Origin: Demequinaceae bacterium
Lineage (GTDB): Bacteria > Actinomycetota > Actinomycetes > Actinomycetales > Demequinaceae
DNA length: 32,000 nucleotides
Assembly (NCBI GenBank): GCA_965250005.1
Contig: OZ252279.1
Coordinates: forward strand, 1,020,001-1,052,000
Direction: 5' to 3'
Part shown: piece by piece, positions 1-10,176 of the stretch
Numbering within the stretch: position 1 is the first letter of the stretch
How the letters are laid out: every line of letters begins with the position of its first letter
Made by a program: the position numbers and the translations under genes
The notes under the pieces: generated by a model
The model's database searches: none
What the model was told of the DNA's origin: nothing
The model's input: the letters and a program-made list of their open reading frames with translations, nothing else

Positions 1-701
1 CCCGACGCGTGGAACTGGCGCGCAACCGCGCGAACACTCGCGCGCGGGCTGTACTCGACGCGCATTCCGGGCACGAACCACACCACATACCCCGCCTCGA
101 CCAGACGATGATTTAGCTCCCAGTCCTGGGCGCGAGAGAACTTCTCGTCGAAGCCGCCAACGCTGTCAACCGCAGCACGCCTAAACGTCCCGAGGAATAC
201 CGAGTCCACTGGGCCGGGTTCGCCTCCCACGTGAAAGCGCGCGCCGCCGATTCCCCACCTTGAGCTCATCGCCGCGGCCACCGAGCGTTGGAGCGCAGTG
301 GTGCCTACCGGAACCATTTGACCGCCAACGTTCGCCGCTCCAGTTTGAGCGAGCGCCTCAACCGCCTCGGCAATGTACCCGGCAGGCAGAACCGTGTGAC
401 CGTCAATCCGGACGATCACGTCGCGGGTGGTTGCCGCAAGCGCGAGGTTGAGGCCCTGTGGCGTGAGCCCGGTTGGGTTGTCGACAACGGCCACGCAGCG
501 GTCTTTCGCAAGCGCTTTGGCGACCTCGCCTGTCGCGTCGTGAGACGGCCCCACGGCGATCACCAATTCTACACCTGGTCCATGCCCGTTATCGAGTACG
601 CTCCTCACGGCGCGCTCAAGGTGCTGCTCCTCGTTGAGGACGGTCATGATCACGCTAACGGGCTCGCGCACGCGCAGCGGCGGCAACTGGGGATTCGTCA
701 C
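1..701 (-). CDS. Family 2 glycosyltransferase (ExoA/succinoglycan-type), 3' end truncated by window edge
   Basis: My own minus-strand translation from GTG at 701 gives VTNPQLPPLRVREPVSVIMTVLNEEQHLERAVRSVLDNGHGPGVELVIAVGPSHDATGEVAKAL...TRDVIVRIDGHTVLPAGYIAEAVEAL, a typical GT-A family 2 N-terminus. Open to position 1; not in the supplied ORF track because it runs off the edge. Confidence 0.85.
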   Translation of the reverse strand, partial: MTNPQLPPLRVREPVSVIMTVLNEEQHLERAVRSVLDNGHGPGVELVIAVGPSHDATGEVAKALAKDRCVAVVDNPTGLTPQGLNLALAATTRDVIVRIDGHTVLPAGYIAEAVEALAQTGAANVGGQMVPVGTTALQRSVAAAMSSRWGIGGARFHVGGEPGPVDSVFLGTFRRAAVDSVGGFDEKFSRAQDWELNHRLVEAGYVVWFVPGMRVEYSPRASVRAVARQFHAS

Positions 702-811
702 CTGACGAGGTTAACGCGAAGCCAGGCAACAGCAGCACTGCGCCGCGCGTTACACATAGAGCAAACGTACAATGGGGAAACAATGACCAGGATTCTGTTA
801 GTGGCCTGCGC

Positions 812-2035
812 GTGAGCGCGTTTCGGCGTCGCCCCCGTCGTCACGCGTCGAAGGCCCGCGATTTTCCGCTGGTACGCACGGCGGCTTGGGCCGTCGCTGC
901 CGCCGCGGGATTCGCCATGATGTACCCCATCGCACTCGTAGCAACCGCGCTCGACGAGGCCACCGTGGTCGACGTCGGGGGGCTGATTGGCGAAAACCGC
1001 CCGCCTGCACCCCTGCCCCCGGTTGACGGCACCAAGGGCTCCGCGATCAACATCCTGCTCATGGGATCGGACGTGCGCACGGGCGCAAATAGTGTGATCG
1101 GCGGCAACGTAGCCGGTGGCATGCGCAACGACACCACCATCATCATGCACATCTCGGCAGATCGAACCCGTGTCGAAATGATCTCGATTCCTCGCGACTC
1201 CGTTGTTCCGATCCCCGACTGCAAATTGTTTGACGGAACCATCAAGCGCGGTTGGACGGGCAATTTCAACATTGCCTTCGCAAACGGCGGAATCAATGGC
1301 AATCCGGCAGAGGCAGCGGCTTGCACCATCAACGCGGTTGAAGCGCTGACAGACATCTACATCCACTACTACGCGGTGGTCGACTTCACGGGATTCATCG
1401 GCATGATCGACGCCATCGGCGGCGTACCCATGTGCATTCCACACGACATCTACTCGTCCAAGGCCAAACTCAACATCAAGGCGGGCCCCCAAGTGCTCGA
1501 CGGCTGGACCGCTCTCGCGTACGCCCGCCTTCGCAAGGCTGAGTCGAGCGGCGGAACCGTCGACGGCACGGACCTCCAGCGCATCGAGCGCCAACAGGAA
1601 CTCCTCGCGAATACCGCCGAGTACGCGCTCGAGCGGGGAATCCTCTTCCGCCCAACCGAGCTACAAGAATTCCTATCGGCGGGGGCATCGTCCGTGACAA
1701 TGAGCCCCGAGCTTGCTGACATCAAATATCTCGTCGGCCTCACCTTCAGCCTGCGGAACATTCAAAAGGAGAACATCGTCTTCGTCACCGTGCCGTGGCG
1801 CTTCCGCGGTAAGCAACTCGGCGGCGTCGCCTGGACACCCGCAGCGCAGACGCTCTTCGATGACGTAATCGCTGACCGACCTATCGCCGGACGCTCGGTT
1901 GCCGATGCGAGCAACATCGCCGTGCCTAAACCGGTACCCACTGCCGGACCCGCAACCACGCCATCGCCAGGCGCTAACGAAGAGGACGACGGGGTCGATC
2001 CGTTCGACCTGCTCGGCGCTTGCACCGCAGGATAG
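812..2035 (+). CDS. LytR-CpsA-Psr (LCP) family protein, copy 1
   Basis: N-terminal TM followed by INILLMGSDVRTG, RNDTTIIMHISADRTRVEMISIPRDS, LDGWTALAYARLR and DLQRIERQQELL, all LCP hallmarks. GTG start. Confidence 0.93.
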   Translation: MSAFRRRPRRHASKARDFPLVRTAAWAVAAAAGFAMMYPIALVATALDEATVVDVGGLIGENRPPAPLPPVDGTKGSAINILLMGSDVRTGANSVIGGNVAGGMRNDTTIIMHISADRTRVEMISIPRDSVVPIPDCKLFDGTIKRGWTGNFNIAFANGGINGNPAEAAACTINAVEALTDIYIHYYAVVDFTGFIGMIDAIGGVPMCIPHDIYSSKAKLNIKAGPQVLDGWTALAYARLRKAESSGGTVDGTDLQRIERQQELLANTAEYALERGILFRPTELQEFLSAGASSVTMSPELADIKYLVGLTFSLRNIQKENIVFVTVPWRFRGKQLGGVAWTPAAQTLFDDVIADRPIAGRSVADASNIAVPKPVPTAGPATTPSPGANEEDDGVDPFDLLGACTAG

Positions 2036-2155
2036 ACGCCGCGCCGTGTAACTCAACGGAACGCACCAGACCATCCGCGCGTTAGTTACTCTTAGATGGC
2101 CGATTTCTTCGCGCACCACAACAACCGCTATCACCGTCCTCAGGGAGAGTCGCTC

Positions 2156-3373
2156 ATGAGCGTGTTTCGCCGCAGCCCGCCCCGTCACGCGACAATCGCG
2201 CGGGATCTTTCCGTACTCCGTTACTTTGCCTGGTCGATAGCGGCGATAGGCGGCCTCGTGGCCGCCTATCCATTTGCGCTGGTGGCAACTGCACTTGACC
2301 AGGTGACCGCCGTGGACGTAGCGCCTCTGATCGGCGAGAACAGGCCTCCGGCGCCACTACCGCCGGTGGACGGCGCCAAGGGAACTGCGATCAACATCCT
2401 GCTCATGGGATCGGACGCGCGCACAGGTGCAAACGCTGGGATCGGAGGCTATGAAGCGGGCGGCATGCGCAACGACACCACCATCATCATGCACATCTCG
2501 GCGGACCGAACCCGCGTCGAACTCATTTCGATCCCCCGCGACTCGCGCGTACGCATCCCCGACTGCCAACTGTTCGACGGGACCACCGCGAAGGGTTGGA
2601 CCGGCAAATTCAATATTGCGTTTGCCAATGGCGGCCGCCACGGCAACCCAGCCGAGGCAGCGGCCTGCACCATCAACGCGGTTGAAGCGCTGACAGATAT
2701 CTACATCCACTACTACGCAGTGGTCGATTTTTCGGGATTTATCGGCATGATCGACGCCATCGGCGGCGTACCCATGTGCATTCCACACGACATTTACTCG
2801 TCCAAGGCCAAACTCAACGTCAAGGCTGGCCCCCAAGTGCTCGACGGCTGGACCGCTCTCGCGTACGCCCGCCTACGCACAGCCGAATCCAGCGGCGGCA
2901 CAATTAACGGCTCCGACATCCAGAGAATCGACCGTCAGCAACAGTTACTCGCCAACACCGCTGAGGCCGCGCTCGCCCAAAATATCCTCTTCCGGCCGAC
3001 AGAACTCCAGGAGTTCCTAAGCGCTGGTGCCGCGTCGATGACGATGAGCCCAGGACTTGCGGACATCAACTATCTGGTGGGCCTCACTTTCAGCCTGCGA
3101 AATGTCCAGAAAGAAAACATCGTCTTCGTCACCGTGCCATGGAAGGGTCACCCAAATGGATCGGACGTCGTCTGGACCTCAGCCGCATACACATTGTTCG
3201 CTCAGGTGATTGCGGACTCGCCGATTTCGGGCCGTTCGGTGGCAGACACGAGCACAGCTGCTGATCCGGAACCCGCGCCTAGCCTCAGCCCAGGCGCGGA
3301 GCCCGCGCCGGAACCATCTCCATCGGCCGATCCGAATAACCCGAACAACTTGCTGACAGGCTGCACTGCCTAG
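2156..3373 (+). CDS. LytR-CpsA-Psr (LCP) family protein, copy 2 (tandem paralogue)
   Basis: INILLMGSDARTG, RNDTTIIMHISADRTRVELISIPRDSR, DIQRIDRQQQLL. ORF opens at 2096 but ATG 2156 has an upstream purine-rich RBS (agggagag) and aligns with the copy 1 start. Confidence 0.93.
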   Translation: MSVFRRSPPRHATIARDLSVLRYFAWSIAAIGGLVAAYPFALVATALDQVTAVDVAPLIGENRPPAPLPPVDGAKGTAINILLMGSDARTGANAGIGGYEAGGMRNDTTIIMHISADRTRVELISIPRDSRVRIPDCQLFDGTTAKGWTGKFNIAFANGGRHGNPAEAAACTINAVEALTDIYIHYYAVVDFSGFIGMIDAIGGVPMCIPHDIYSSKAKLNVKAGPQVLDGWTALAYARLRTAESSGGTINGSDIQRIDRQQQLLANTAEAALAQNILFRPTELQEFLSAGAASMTMSPGLADINYLVGLTFSLRNVQKENIVFVTVPWKGHPNGSDVVWTSAAYTLFAQVIADSPISGRSVADTSTAADPEPAPSLSPGAEPAPEPSPSADPNNPNNLLTGCTA

Positions 3374-3390
3374 GCTGCGGGCTGGAACCT

Positions 3391-3900
3391 CTATGCGCGG
3401 ATGGCCTTGCCCTTTGCCTTGGCCGCCAGCCGGAGTTCTTGCTGAAACTTCTCCATGCGTTCTCTGAGCGCCTCAGACTCCTCGCCTTCACCAGCTCCAA
3501 GCATGCGGACGGCAAGTAGCCCAGCGTTGCGCGCGCCAGCTATCGACACCGTCGCGACCGGAACGCCCGCAGGCATTTGGACGATACTCAGCAGCGAGTC
3601 CATGCCGTCGAGGTGTTTGAGCGGGACGGGGACGCCGATGACGGGCAGCGAAGTTACCGCCGCCAGCATGCCAGGCAAGTGAGCCGCGCCGCCTGCGCCC
3701 GCGATGATCACGCGCATTCCGCGGCCGGCGGCCGCGCGCCCATACTCAAGCATCTCGTCCGGCATCCGGTGAGCGGACACGACGTCGGCCTCGTACGACA
3801 CTTCAAATTCGCCGAGCGCCTTCGCGGCCAACTCCATCACGGGCCAATCAGAATCTGAGCCCATCACCACGCCCACCTGGGGCTTGCCTGTCGCCATCAT
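3391..3900 (-). CDS. purE: N5-carboxyaminoimidazole ribonucleotide mutase
   Basis: [77 protein letters not shown]; overlaps purK by 4 nt. Confidence 0.97.
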   Translation of the reverse strand: MMATGKPQVGVVMGSDSDWPVMELAAKALGEFEVSYEADVVSAHRMPDEMLEYGRAAAGRGMRVIIAGAGGAAHLPGMLAAVTSLPVIGVPVPLKHLDGMDSLLSIVQMPAGVPVATVSIAGARNAGLLAVRMLGAGEGEESEALRERMEKFQQELRLAAKAKGKAIRA

Positions 3901-5039
3901 GAACCTCCGCCTCTCACGATAGCGGCCGCAGCCCGCGCCCTCGCGACGACATCGCCAAGGTCGCTATCCGCCACAGTGACATGCCCGACTTTTCGGCCTG
4001 GTCGCACTTCCTTGCAATACAAGTGTACCTTGGCCCCCGCGTCGGCGATCTCGGGCAGCGCGGTATGTAGCTCTGTTCGATCACCGCCGAGCACATTGGC
4101 CATGACGACACATTCGGCAAGCATGCTCGTGTCGCCGAGCGGCAGGTCCGCCACCGCCCGCAAGTGCTGCTCGAACTGGCTAGTCACAGAGCCGTCGATA
4201 GTCCAATGCCCGGAATTGTGCGGCCTCATAGCCAGTTCATTGATGAGCAGCCGGCCGTCGACTTCGAACATTTCGACCGCGAGGACTCCGACGACGCCGA
4301 GCTCGGTCGCCACGAGTTCCCCGATCTGTCGCGCCTCGGCGTCCAGGCCCGAGTCGCTGTGTGGGGCCGGCGCAATGACTTCGGCACACACTCCAGCTCG
4401 CTGGATTGACTCCACCATCGGCCACGTGCGGACCTCACCCGATGGGCGGCGCGCCACGAGCGCGGCCACCTCGCGGTCGAACGCCACTAACTCTTCGACC
4501 AGCACCTCGGGTCCGCCCGCGGCTGCCGCATCCACCCAGTCGCGGGCCTCGTCGGCGCTCGATATGACTCGAACGCCCTTGCCGTCGTAACCTCCCCGGG
4601 CAGTCTTCAGCACGGCTCTGCCCCCCATGTCTGAGACAAATCTGTCGACGTCACCGAGCGTATTGACGCGTTTCCAGGCGGGGCCCGGCAGCCCGAGCGA
4701 ATCCATGCGAGTGCGCATTTCGATTTTGTCCTGCGCGAACCGGAGGGCCGGGATTCCAGGCTCGGCACGAACGCCAACAGCCTGGGCCGCGGCGAATACC
4801 TCGGCCGGAATGTGCTCATGCTCCCACGTGATTGCGATTGGACGTGGCACGGCGAGCAAGCGTGCGATGGCAACCGGATCTGAAGGGGCGCCAACAACGT
4901 ACTCGTGCGCGGGGCTGGTCGCAGAGGCGTCCTCCGATTCGACGAGAACCCTCAGCGTCAGGCCGAGAGCCGTCGCTGCGGGCGTCATCATGCGCGCCAA
5001 CTGCCCCCCGCCTACAACCGCCACCACTGGTGCTGTCAT
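3897..5039 (-). CDS. purK: 5-(carboxyamino)imidazole ribonucleotide synthase
   Basis: [14 protein letters not shown]-terminus, ATP-grasp motifs ([67 protein letters not shown]). Confidence 0.97.
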   Translation of the reverse strand: MTAPVVAVVGGGQLARMMTPAATALGLTLRVLVESEDASATSPAHEYVVGAPSDPVAIARLLAVPRPIAITWEHEHIPAEVFAAAQAVGVRAEPGIPALRFAQDKIEMRTRMDSLGLPGPAWKRVNTLGDVDRFVSDMGGRAVLKTARGGYDGKGVRVISSADEARDWVDAAAAGGPEVLVEELVAFDREVAALVARRPSGEVRTWPMVESIQRAGVCAEVIAPAPHSDSGLDAEARQIGELVATELGVVGVLAVEMFEVDGRLLINELAMRPHNSGHWTIDGSVTSQFEQHLRAVADLPLGDTSMLAECVVMANVLGGDRTELHTALPEIADAGAKVHLYCKEVRPGRKVGHVTVADSDLGDVVARARAAAAIVRGGGS

Positions 5040-5071
5040 GGCACAACCGTACCGGCGACTAGGCTCGCCGC

Positions 5072-5518
5072 ATGGTCATCGTCACGTGGGTCCGCGAGCG
5101 CCGGGTCGAGTTGCTCAGATTCGGCACCGTAGGCGGCGTCGCGTTCATCGTCGACTTGGGATTATACAACCAACTGCAGTTCGGTGAAGGCGCCCTGCTG
5201 GCAGACAAGGTTGTGACCGCCAAGGTCATCTCAGCGGCCGCCGCCACTCTCGTAGCCTGGCTCGGCAATCGCCTATGGACGTTTTCTCATCACCGCACCC
5301 AACGCCCCGCGCGCGAGCTTCTGGGCTTCGGAATCGTCAATGTCGCAGCGCTCGTCATCGCAGCAGCGACCGTCGCGGTTTCGACTTACGTCTTCGGGTT
5401 TGAGAGCCCGCTTGCGAAGAACGTCGCAGCCATCGTCGGCATCGGCTTCGGTACCATCGCCCGGTACATCGGCTACAAGAAATTCGTGTTCACCGGGGGG
5501 CGTGCAGGCGCCTCGTAG
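5072..5518 (+). CDS. GtrA-family membrane protein
   Basis: ELLRFGTVGGVAFIVDLGLYNQLQF...TVISAAAATLVAWLGNRLWTFSHH...GFGTIARYIGYKKFVF is the typical GtrA pattern; four hydrophobic segments. Confidence 0.88.
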   Translation: MVIVTWVRERRVELLRFGTVGGVAFIVDLGLYNQLQFGEGALLADKVVTAKVISAAAATLVAWLGNRLWTFSHHRTQRPARELLGFGIVNVAALVIAAATVAVSTYVFGFESPLAKNVAAIVGIGFGTIARYIGYKKFVFTGGRAGAS

Positions 5519-5562
5519 ATGCGGCCCGTGCCTGCTGGCCGCCGCGTCCAGACGGTGGCGCG

Positions 5563-6873
5563 CTACCGGCGACGCCGACGCGTCTTGACCTTACGGCTGT
5601 GCGGCACGACCCGCTCGAGATCAACCATGGGCGGCATCCCTTGCAGAAACAAGGAGAAGATGGCAGGAACGCGCTGCGAGAGTTCGAGCCGACCACCGTC
5701 CGCAGTCACAAGATCGCGTGCGAGTGCGAGCCCGAGGCCCGTACCCCGGCCTGACGTGACGTCGCGCTCGAATATCTCGGTTGCGAGATCCTCAGGAACG
5801 CCATCTCCTTCGTCGCTGACTTCGATCACGATCGCATAGTTGGTGGCCGATTCGCGCACTGCGACACGGGTTTGACCCCCGCCATGAACAAGCGAGTTCT
5901 CGATGAGTGTCGCAAGCACCTGTGCGAGGCCGCCGGGCGAAGCGAAGACGGTGGCATCCGTGTCTGCGACAACGATGGACCGCCTCTTCGCCGCAAAAAT
6001 GGACTCCCACTCTTCTCGCTGCTGCCTCATAACCTTCCCGAGGACAACCATTTCTGTCGAGCCGCCCAGCGCTTTCCGCGTCCGGCCCAGCAAATCATCG
6101 ACGACACCCACTAGCCGCTCGACCTGCTCAAGTGCCGCTTCGACTTCATCTCGCACCTCGCGCTTCTCCGTGGTGGCGGAGATCTCTTCCAGCCGCATGG
6201 TGAGCGCGGTGAGCGGCGTGCGGAGTTGATGCGAAGCATCGGCCGAGAATTGTCTCTCTGCAGACAGCCGCGCTGCCATGCGGTCAGCGCTGCGAACGAG
6301 TTCCTCGTAGACGAGGTCGATTTCCTCGACACCAGACCGTTCAATGTTTGCTTTGAGGTGGCCCGCGCCCAACGCCTCGGCGCTCGCCGCCAGGTACACG
6401 AGCGGAGCCGACAGCCGCTTCGCCTGCAACATCGCGAACGCTATCCCGGTCGCGATCGCGACTACCCCGACTGCGAGGACGACGGATACGGCCTCAAGCG
6501 CGTCGAAGAACACGTCCCACCATGAGATTTCCATCGTGATCGAAATCCCGGATGCGGTCACCTCGGTGTGCGTGAAACTGCGTTGCGGACGTACTCCTGC
6601 CGTCAGCTCCTCACCCGTTGGCCAAATCATCAAGATGAACGCTTGGGGGTTTACCTCTCCGCCAATGTACGGGTTGAGGGTTGCGCGCGAGATCGTCTCT
6701 TCCCTCACGAACCGTACCTCCAGAGCACCAGCCGCAGTCGCGGTACGCGCATTTAGTTCGAGGAGCGCGTCGTCGCGAACGGACTGCGCGGCCGAGACTC
6801 CAAGCGGGATGCCTAGCATGACGACAGCGGCCATAACCGCCGAGATCGTCGCGAAGAGGAGGCGCCGCCGCAC
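5563..6873 (-). CDS. Two-component sensor histidine kinase (HAMP-HisKA-HATPase)
   Basis: H-box FSADASHQLRTPLTALTMRLEEI, N-box VLATLIENSLVHG, G-box VIEVSDEGDGVPEDLATEIF and GRGTGLGLALARDLV; two TM segments. Confidence 0.93.
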   Translation of the reverse strand: MRRRLLFATISAVMAAVVMLGIPLGVSAAQSVRDDALLELNARTATAAGALEVRFVREETISRATLNPYIGGEVNPQAFILMIWPTGEELTAGVRPQRSFTHTEVTASGISITMEISWWDVFFDALEAVSVVLAVGVVAIATGIAFAMLQAKRLSAPLVYLAASAEALGAGHLKANIERSGVEEIDLVYEELVRSADRMAARLSAERQFSADASHQLRTPLTALTMRLEEISATTEKREVRDEVEAALEQVERLVGVVDDLLGRTRKALGGSTEMVVLGKVMRQQREEWESIFAAKRRSIVVADTDATVFASPGGLAQVLATLIENSLVHGGGQTRVAVRESATNYAIVIEVSDEGDGVPEDLATEIFERDVTSGRGTGLGLALARDLVTADGGRLELSQRVPAIFSLFLQGMPPMVDLERVVPHSRKVKTRRRRR

Positions 6874-6882
6874 GGTCGGGTC

Positions 6883-7563
6883 CTACGAGGGACCGGTTTC
6901 GAACCGGAATCCCATGCCACGGACCGTAGTGATGAATCGCGGCGAATTCGCGTCGTCACCGAGCTTCCGCCGCAGCCAAGATATGTGCATATCCAAAGTC
7001 TTGGTTGGCGCCCCAGTTTCAGCCGACCACACGTCGCGCATCAGCGCGTCTCGGCTGACGACGGTTCCAGCGTTTGTAATCAACTCGTACAGGAGGTCGA
7101 ATTCCTTCCCGCTGAGCTGCAATTCGACGTCGTCAAGGTAAGCGCGGTGTCCGGCCAAGTCGATTCGAACGCCGAACACGTCGATGTCGCCGGCCTCGTC
7201 CCCGTGCGTGCGGCGACGCAACAGTGCGCGCACGCGAGCGAGAAGTTCCGCCAATCGGAAGGGCTTGGTGACGTAGTCGTCGGCACCAGCATCGAGGCCG
7301 ACCACTAGATCTACCTCGTCGGCGCGAGCCGTGAGCATGAGGATCGGGACCGTAAATCCTTGTTCTCGCACGCGGCGCGCCACATCAATGCCGTCGATGT
7401 CGGGCAATCCGAGGTCAAGAATGATCAGATCGGCTCGGCCCGCGGCAGCCGTGCCCTCTTTGCCAAGCCCAAACCACTCAACCTCGTAACCCTCGCGGCT
7501 CAAAGCGCGGGTCAAGGGTTCTGAAATGGCCGGGTCATCTTCGACCAAGACAATTTTCGCCAT
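6883..7563 (-). CDS. OmpR/PhoB-family response regulator
   Basis: MAKIVLVEDDPAISEPL...LIILDLGLPDIDGIDV...KPFRLAELLARVRALLRR plus winged-helix C-terminus (KTLDMHISWLRRKLGDD, FITTVRGMGFRFE). ORF opens at 7596; internal start 7563 preferred. Confidence 0.94.
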   Translation of the reverse strand: MAKIVLVEDDPAISEPLTRALSREGYEVEWFGLGKEGTAAAGRADLIILDLGLPDIDGIDVARRVREQGFTVPILMLTARADEVDLVVGLDAGADDYVTKPFRLAELLARVRALLRRRTHGDEAGDIDVFGVRIDLAGHRAYLDDVELQLSGKEFDLLYELITNAGTVVSRDALMRDVWSAETGAPTKTLDMHISWLRRKLGDDANSPRFITTVRGMGFRFETGPS

Positions 7564-7665
7564 TCCGCCACCATACTCCCGGACACCCCTAGGCAACAGA
7601 GGCGATCGCGATTTGCTGAGGGCGGACCGCTCGCGAGGCTGGCCACGGCTATATGCTTACGTCTC

Positions 7666-9834
7666 GTGAGCCAACGGACCAGAGCCACCCACGCAAAACC
7701 TGAACAGGCCAGCGACTCGCCGCACCGCTGGGTACGGGCCGTCGCCGCGGCGCCTGAGCGCATCGTCCTCGTTGGAGTGGCGTTGGCGCTGGCTGCAGGC
7801 GCAGCCGTCAGCATTGGCCAATTCGAACCGTGGCTGGTTCTGCCCATTGCAGCGATCCTCACCATCGTGGGATGGAGCGCGTCGCAGCCACGGCAACTCG
7901 ACGTCAGGACAGCACTGGGCAGCGCCTTCGGCCTCTTGGGTGCTGCAGTATGGATACTCCGTAATTTGCCGTGGGCGGCAGAGTTCTTTGTGGTGCGCCG
8001 CGACCCGGGCTTTCTTACGCTCAGCGGTCTCTGGCTTGTCGATCACGGGTCAACTGATATGCCCATGCTCGGCGCCGTCGACGCTGCGGCCACTCATTCG
8101 TTTGCCACGGCGGATGCCGGCGAGGCATGGAACCGCAACGGCGACACCATCCAGCCGCAAGGCGCCAAGATGCTTCCGGCCGTGATCGCGATGGGTGGCT
8201 GGCTCGCCGGAACCACGGGGGTGCTTAACGCGAACATTGTTGTTGGTGCACTCGGCTTGCTCGCCGTTTACGTACTCGCTCGCAAGCTCATGGGCCCAAT
8301 CGCCGCACTCGTCCCCGCTCTTGCGATCGCTCTCTCCGTCTCCCACATGTGGACTTCGCGGTCCCCCTACTCCGAGCCGCTGACGATGCTCCTTATCATC
8401 GCTGCGGTCGCATGGGCGTGGCGGGCGGTATCGCAACGAGATCCCTATGCTCTTGCGCTCGCTGCCGTGGCGAGCGGCGCGACCACGCTCGTGCGAATCG
8501 ACGGCGCTACGTTCGCTATCGGCCTCGCGATGGGCGTAGTCGTCGCGCTGGTCTTCACGACTGGCGGCTCGTACAGTTGGCGCACCGTCGCGCCCGTAGG
8601 GTTCTTGATCGTCCAGGCAACCGTCGTGAGCGGCGGGCGTGCCTCGCTGGAACGGTGGAGTGCGCTCTACGTCGCGCGGCTGGGAGATCAGTCGGCGGCG
8701 TTAGGCGCCGGGTACATCTCGGTCGTCGTTGTCCTCCTGCTTCTCGTGGTGACAGCGACGATCGCGCGTCAGCGATGGCGCACAACTCTCGCAGCCAGCG
8801 CCCGGGCTAGGTGGGTGCGCGCCGCGCGTAAGCACGCGCCCAAATTCGGCGCGGGAGCAATCATCGCGATCTGGGCCGTTCTGGCAAGCCGCCCCAAATG
8901 GATAACGATCTACGGCTTCCCCGACGGCGATTTCCACCGTGATTACATCGCGTTCTTGCAGCGAGCGGACGGCCTTGAAGTAGACCCTGGCAGGTCCTAC
9001 GACGAGAGCACGGTGACCTGGATTTCGTATTACTTCGGATGGCCGCTCATCGTGCTCGGAGTACTGGGCTTCGCAATAATGGCCTGGAAGCTCTTGCGCG
9101 GTAGATCAATATGGGCGGTCCCCCTGGCCGCGCTCCTAGCCCCCGGGCTTCTCTACCTGCTCAAGCCGCAGATCGTGCCTGACCAAGTATGGGCAATCAG
9201 ACGGCTGGCGCCATCGATCATGGTCGGACTCGTGATTGCCGCAGCCGTGGCCTGGCAAGCGGCAATGCGCAAACTCCGGCGCGCCAAAACAGAAGAGTTC
9301 ACGCACGCGACCTCGATCGCCATCGCTGCGCTCATCGCTCTGTCTCCGCTTGTGGGCTGGCTATCTATCCGGCCAGGCACGGACGACCCTGTGCTCCTCA
9401 CGAGCGCAATGTGGGTGAAAGAACAAGACGGGGCGCGGGATCAAATCACGCAACTCTGCTCCTACACCCGCAATCGTCCCGTTGTGCTGGCGGGAACCGG
9501 GTCACATTTCGGCACCGTGCGCGCCGCATGCGACTCGCCTGTAGTGCTCTTTCACCTCACGGGTAACCCCAGTCTCGGACGCCAACTGACGGCGCCAGTG
9601 TTGCGCGACATCGCCACCGCTTGGGGCGAAAACCCTGTGTTGCTCACACGTAATCCTGAGCAGATCCCATGGACCTCGCCGCCGGCAGGTCCGACGTTCG
9701 AGTCCGTCATGTTCTACGCATCGGGCTCGCTTGGGGCCCTGCCCCGCGGGCGTGCTGAGAAGAACTACAACTGGTACGTGGGCGAAGTGCTACCTGACGG
9801 CACGGTTGCGTTCATATCGGGCGGAGCAGACTAG
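7666..9834 (+). CDS. Large polytopic membrane protein, GT-C (ArnT/PMT)-like glycosyltransferase candidate
   Basis: 722 aa with many hydrophobic segments; FFVVRRDPGFLTLSGLWLVDHGSTDMP, NIVVGALGLLAVYVLARKLMGP, SHMWTSRSPYSEPLTMLL resemble GT-C lumenal/TM organisation. Function only inferred. Confidence 0.6.
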   Translation: MSQRTRATHAKPEQASDSPHRWVRAVAAAPERIVLVGVALALAAGAAVSIGQFEPWLVLPIAAILTIVGWSASQPRQLDVRTALGSAFGLLGAAVWILRNLPWAAEFFVVRRDPGFLTLSGLWLVDHGSTDMPMLGAVDAAATHSFATADAGEAWNRNGDTIQPQGAKMLPAVIAMGGWLAGTTGVLNANIVVGALGLLAVYVLARKLMGPIAALVPALAIALSVSHMWTSRSPYSEPLTMLLIIAAVAWAWRAVSQRDPYALALAAVASGATTLVRIDGATFAIGLAMGVVVALVFTTGGSYSWRTVAPVGFLIVQATVVSGGRASLERWSALYVARLGDQSAALGAGYISVVVVLLLLVVTATIARQRWRTTLAASARARWVRAARKHAPKFGAGAIIAIWAVLASRPKWITIYGFPDGDFHRDYIAFLQRADGLEVDPGRSYDESTVTWISYYFGWPLIVLGVLGFAIMAWKLLRGRSIWAVPLAALLAPGLLYLLKPQIVPDQVWAIRRLAPSIMVGLVIAAAVAWQAAMRKLRRAKTEEFTHATSIAIAALIALSPLVGWLSIRPGTDDPVLLTSAMWVKEQDGARDQITQLCSYTRNRPVVLAGTGSHFGTVRAACDSPVVLFHLTGNPSLGRQLTAPVLRDIATAWGENPVLLTRNPEQIPWTSPPAGPTFESVMFYASGSLGALPRGRAEKNYNWYVGEVLPDGTVAFISGGAD

Positions 9835-10176
9835 TCGATTTCTTGGTTAGTTGGCGGCCACCCGCCACAGTCATCTGGGCTGGACCGAAGGGTACCGACA
9901 CCGCCGACGGGATCGACCCACACCCGCTTCTCCCCCTCTAGAACTAGTTTGACGCGTTCGACAATGCGACTCTGAACATTGTCTCAACTAGCCTCGACCC
10001 CGAAGAAACTGGAATCCAGAAGGAACCCCCGGTGAACCGAGAGGTCTACCCCATCTATTCCGATCCCAGTCTCGGTCGAGAAGTTCCCTGAGTCGCAGGA
10101 CTCGCCTCGGTTATCCACATTCTGCGACAACCAGTTGGGCGTCACTCTGAGGTGCGCCAATATCGTGTCCGTGCGC

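Noticed and set aside
698-1594. 298-aa minus-strand ORF opposite LCP copy 1 (similar shadow at 2357-2836 opposite copy 2)
   Set aside because: Antisense shadow of a well-supported LCP gene in high-GC DNA; composition low in family motifs.
5519-5839. Plus-strand 106-aa ORF starting right after the GtrA gene
   Set aside because: Arg/Ser-rich translation antisense to the histidine kinase C-terminus; the kinase family motifs win.
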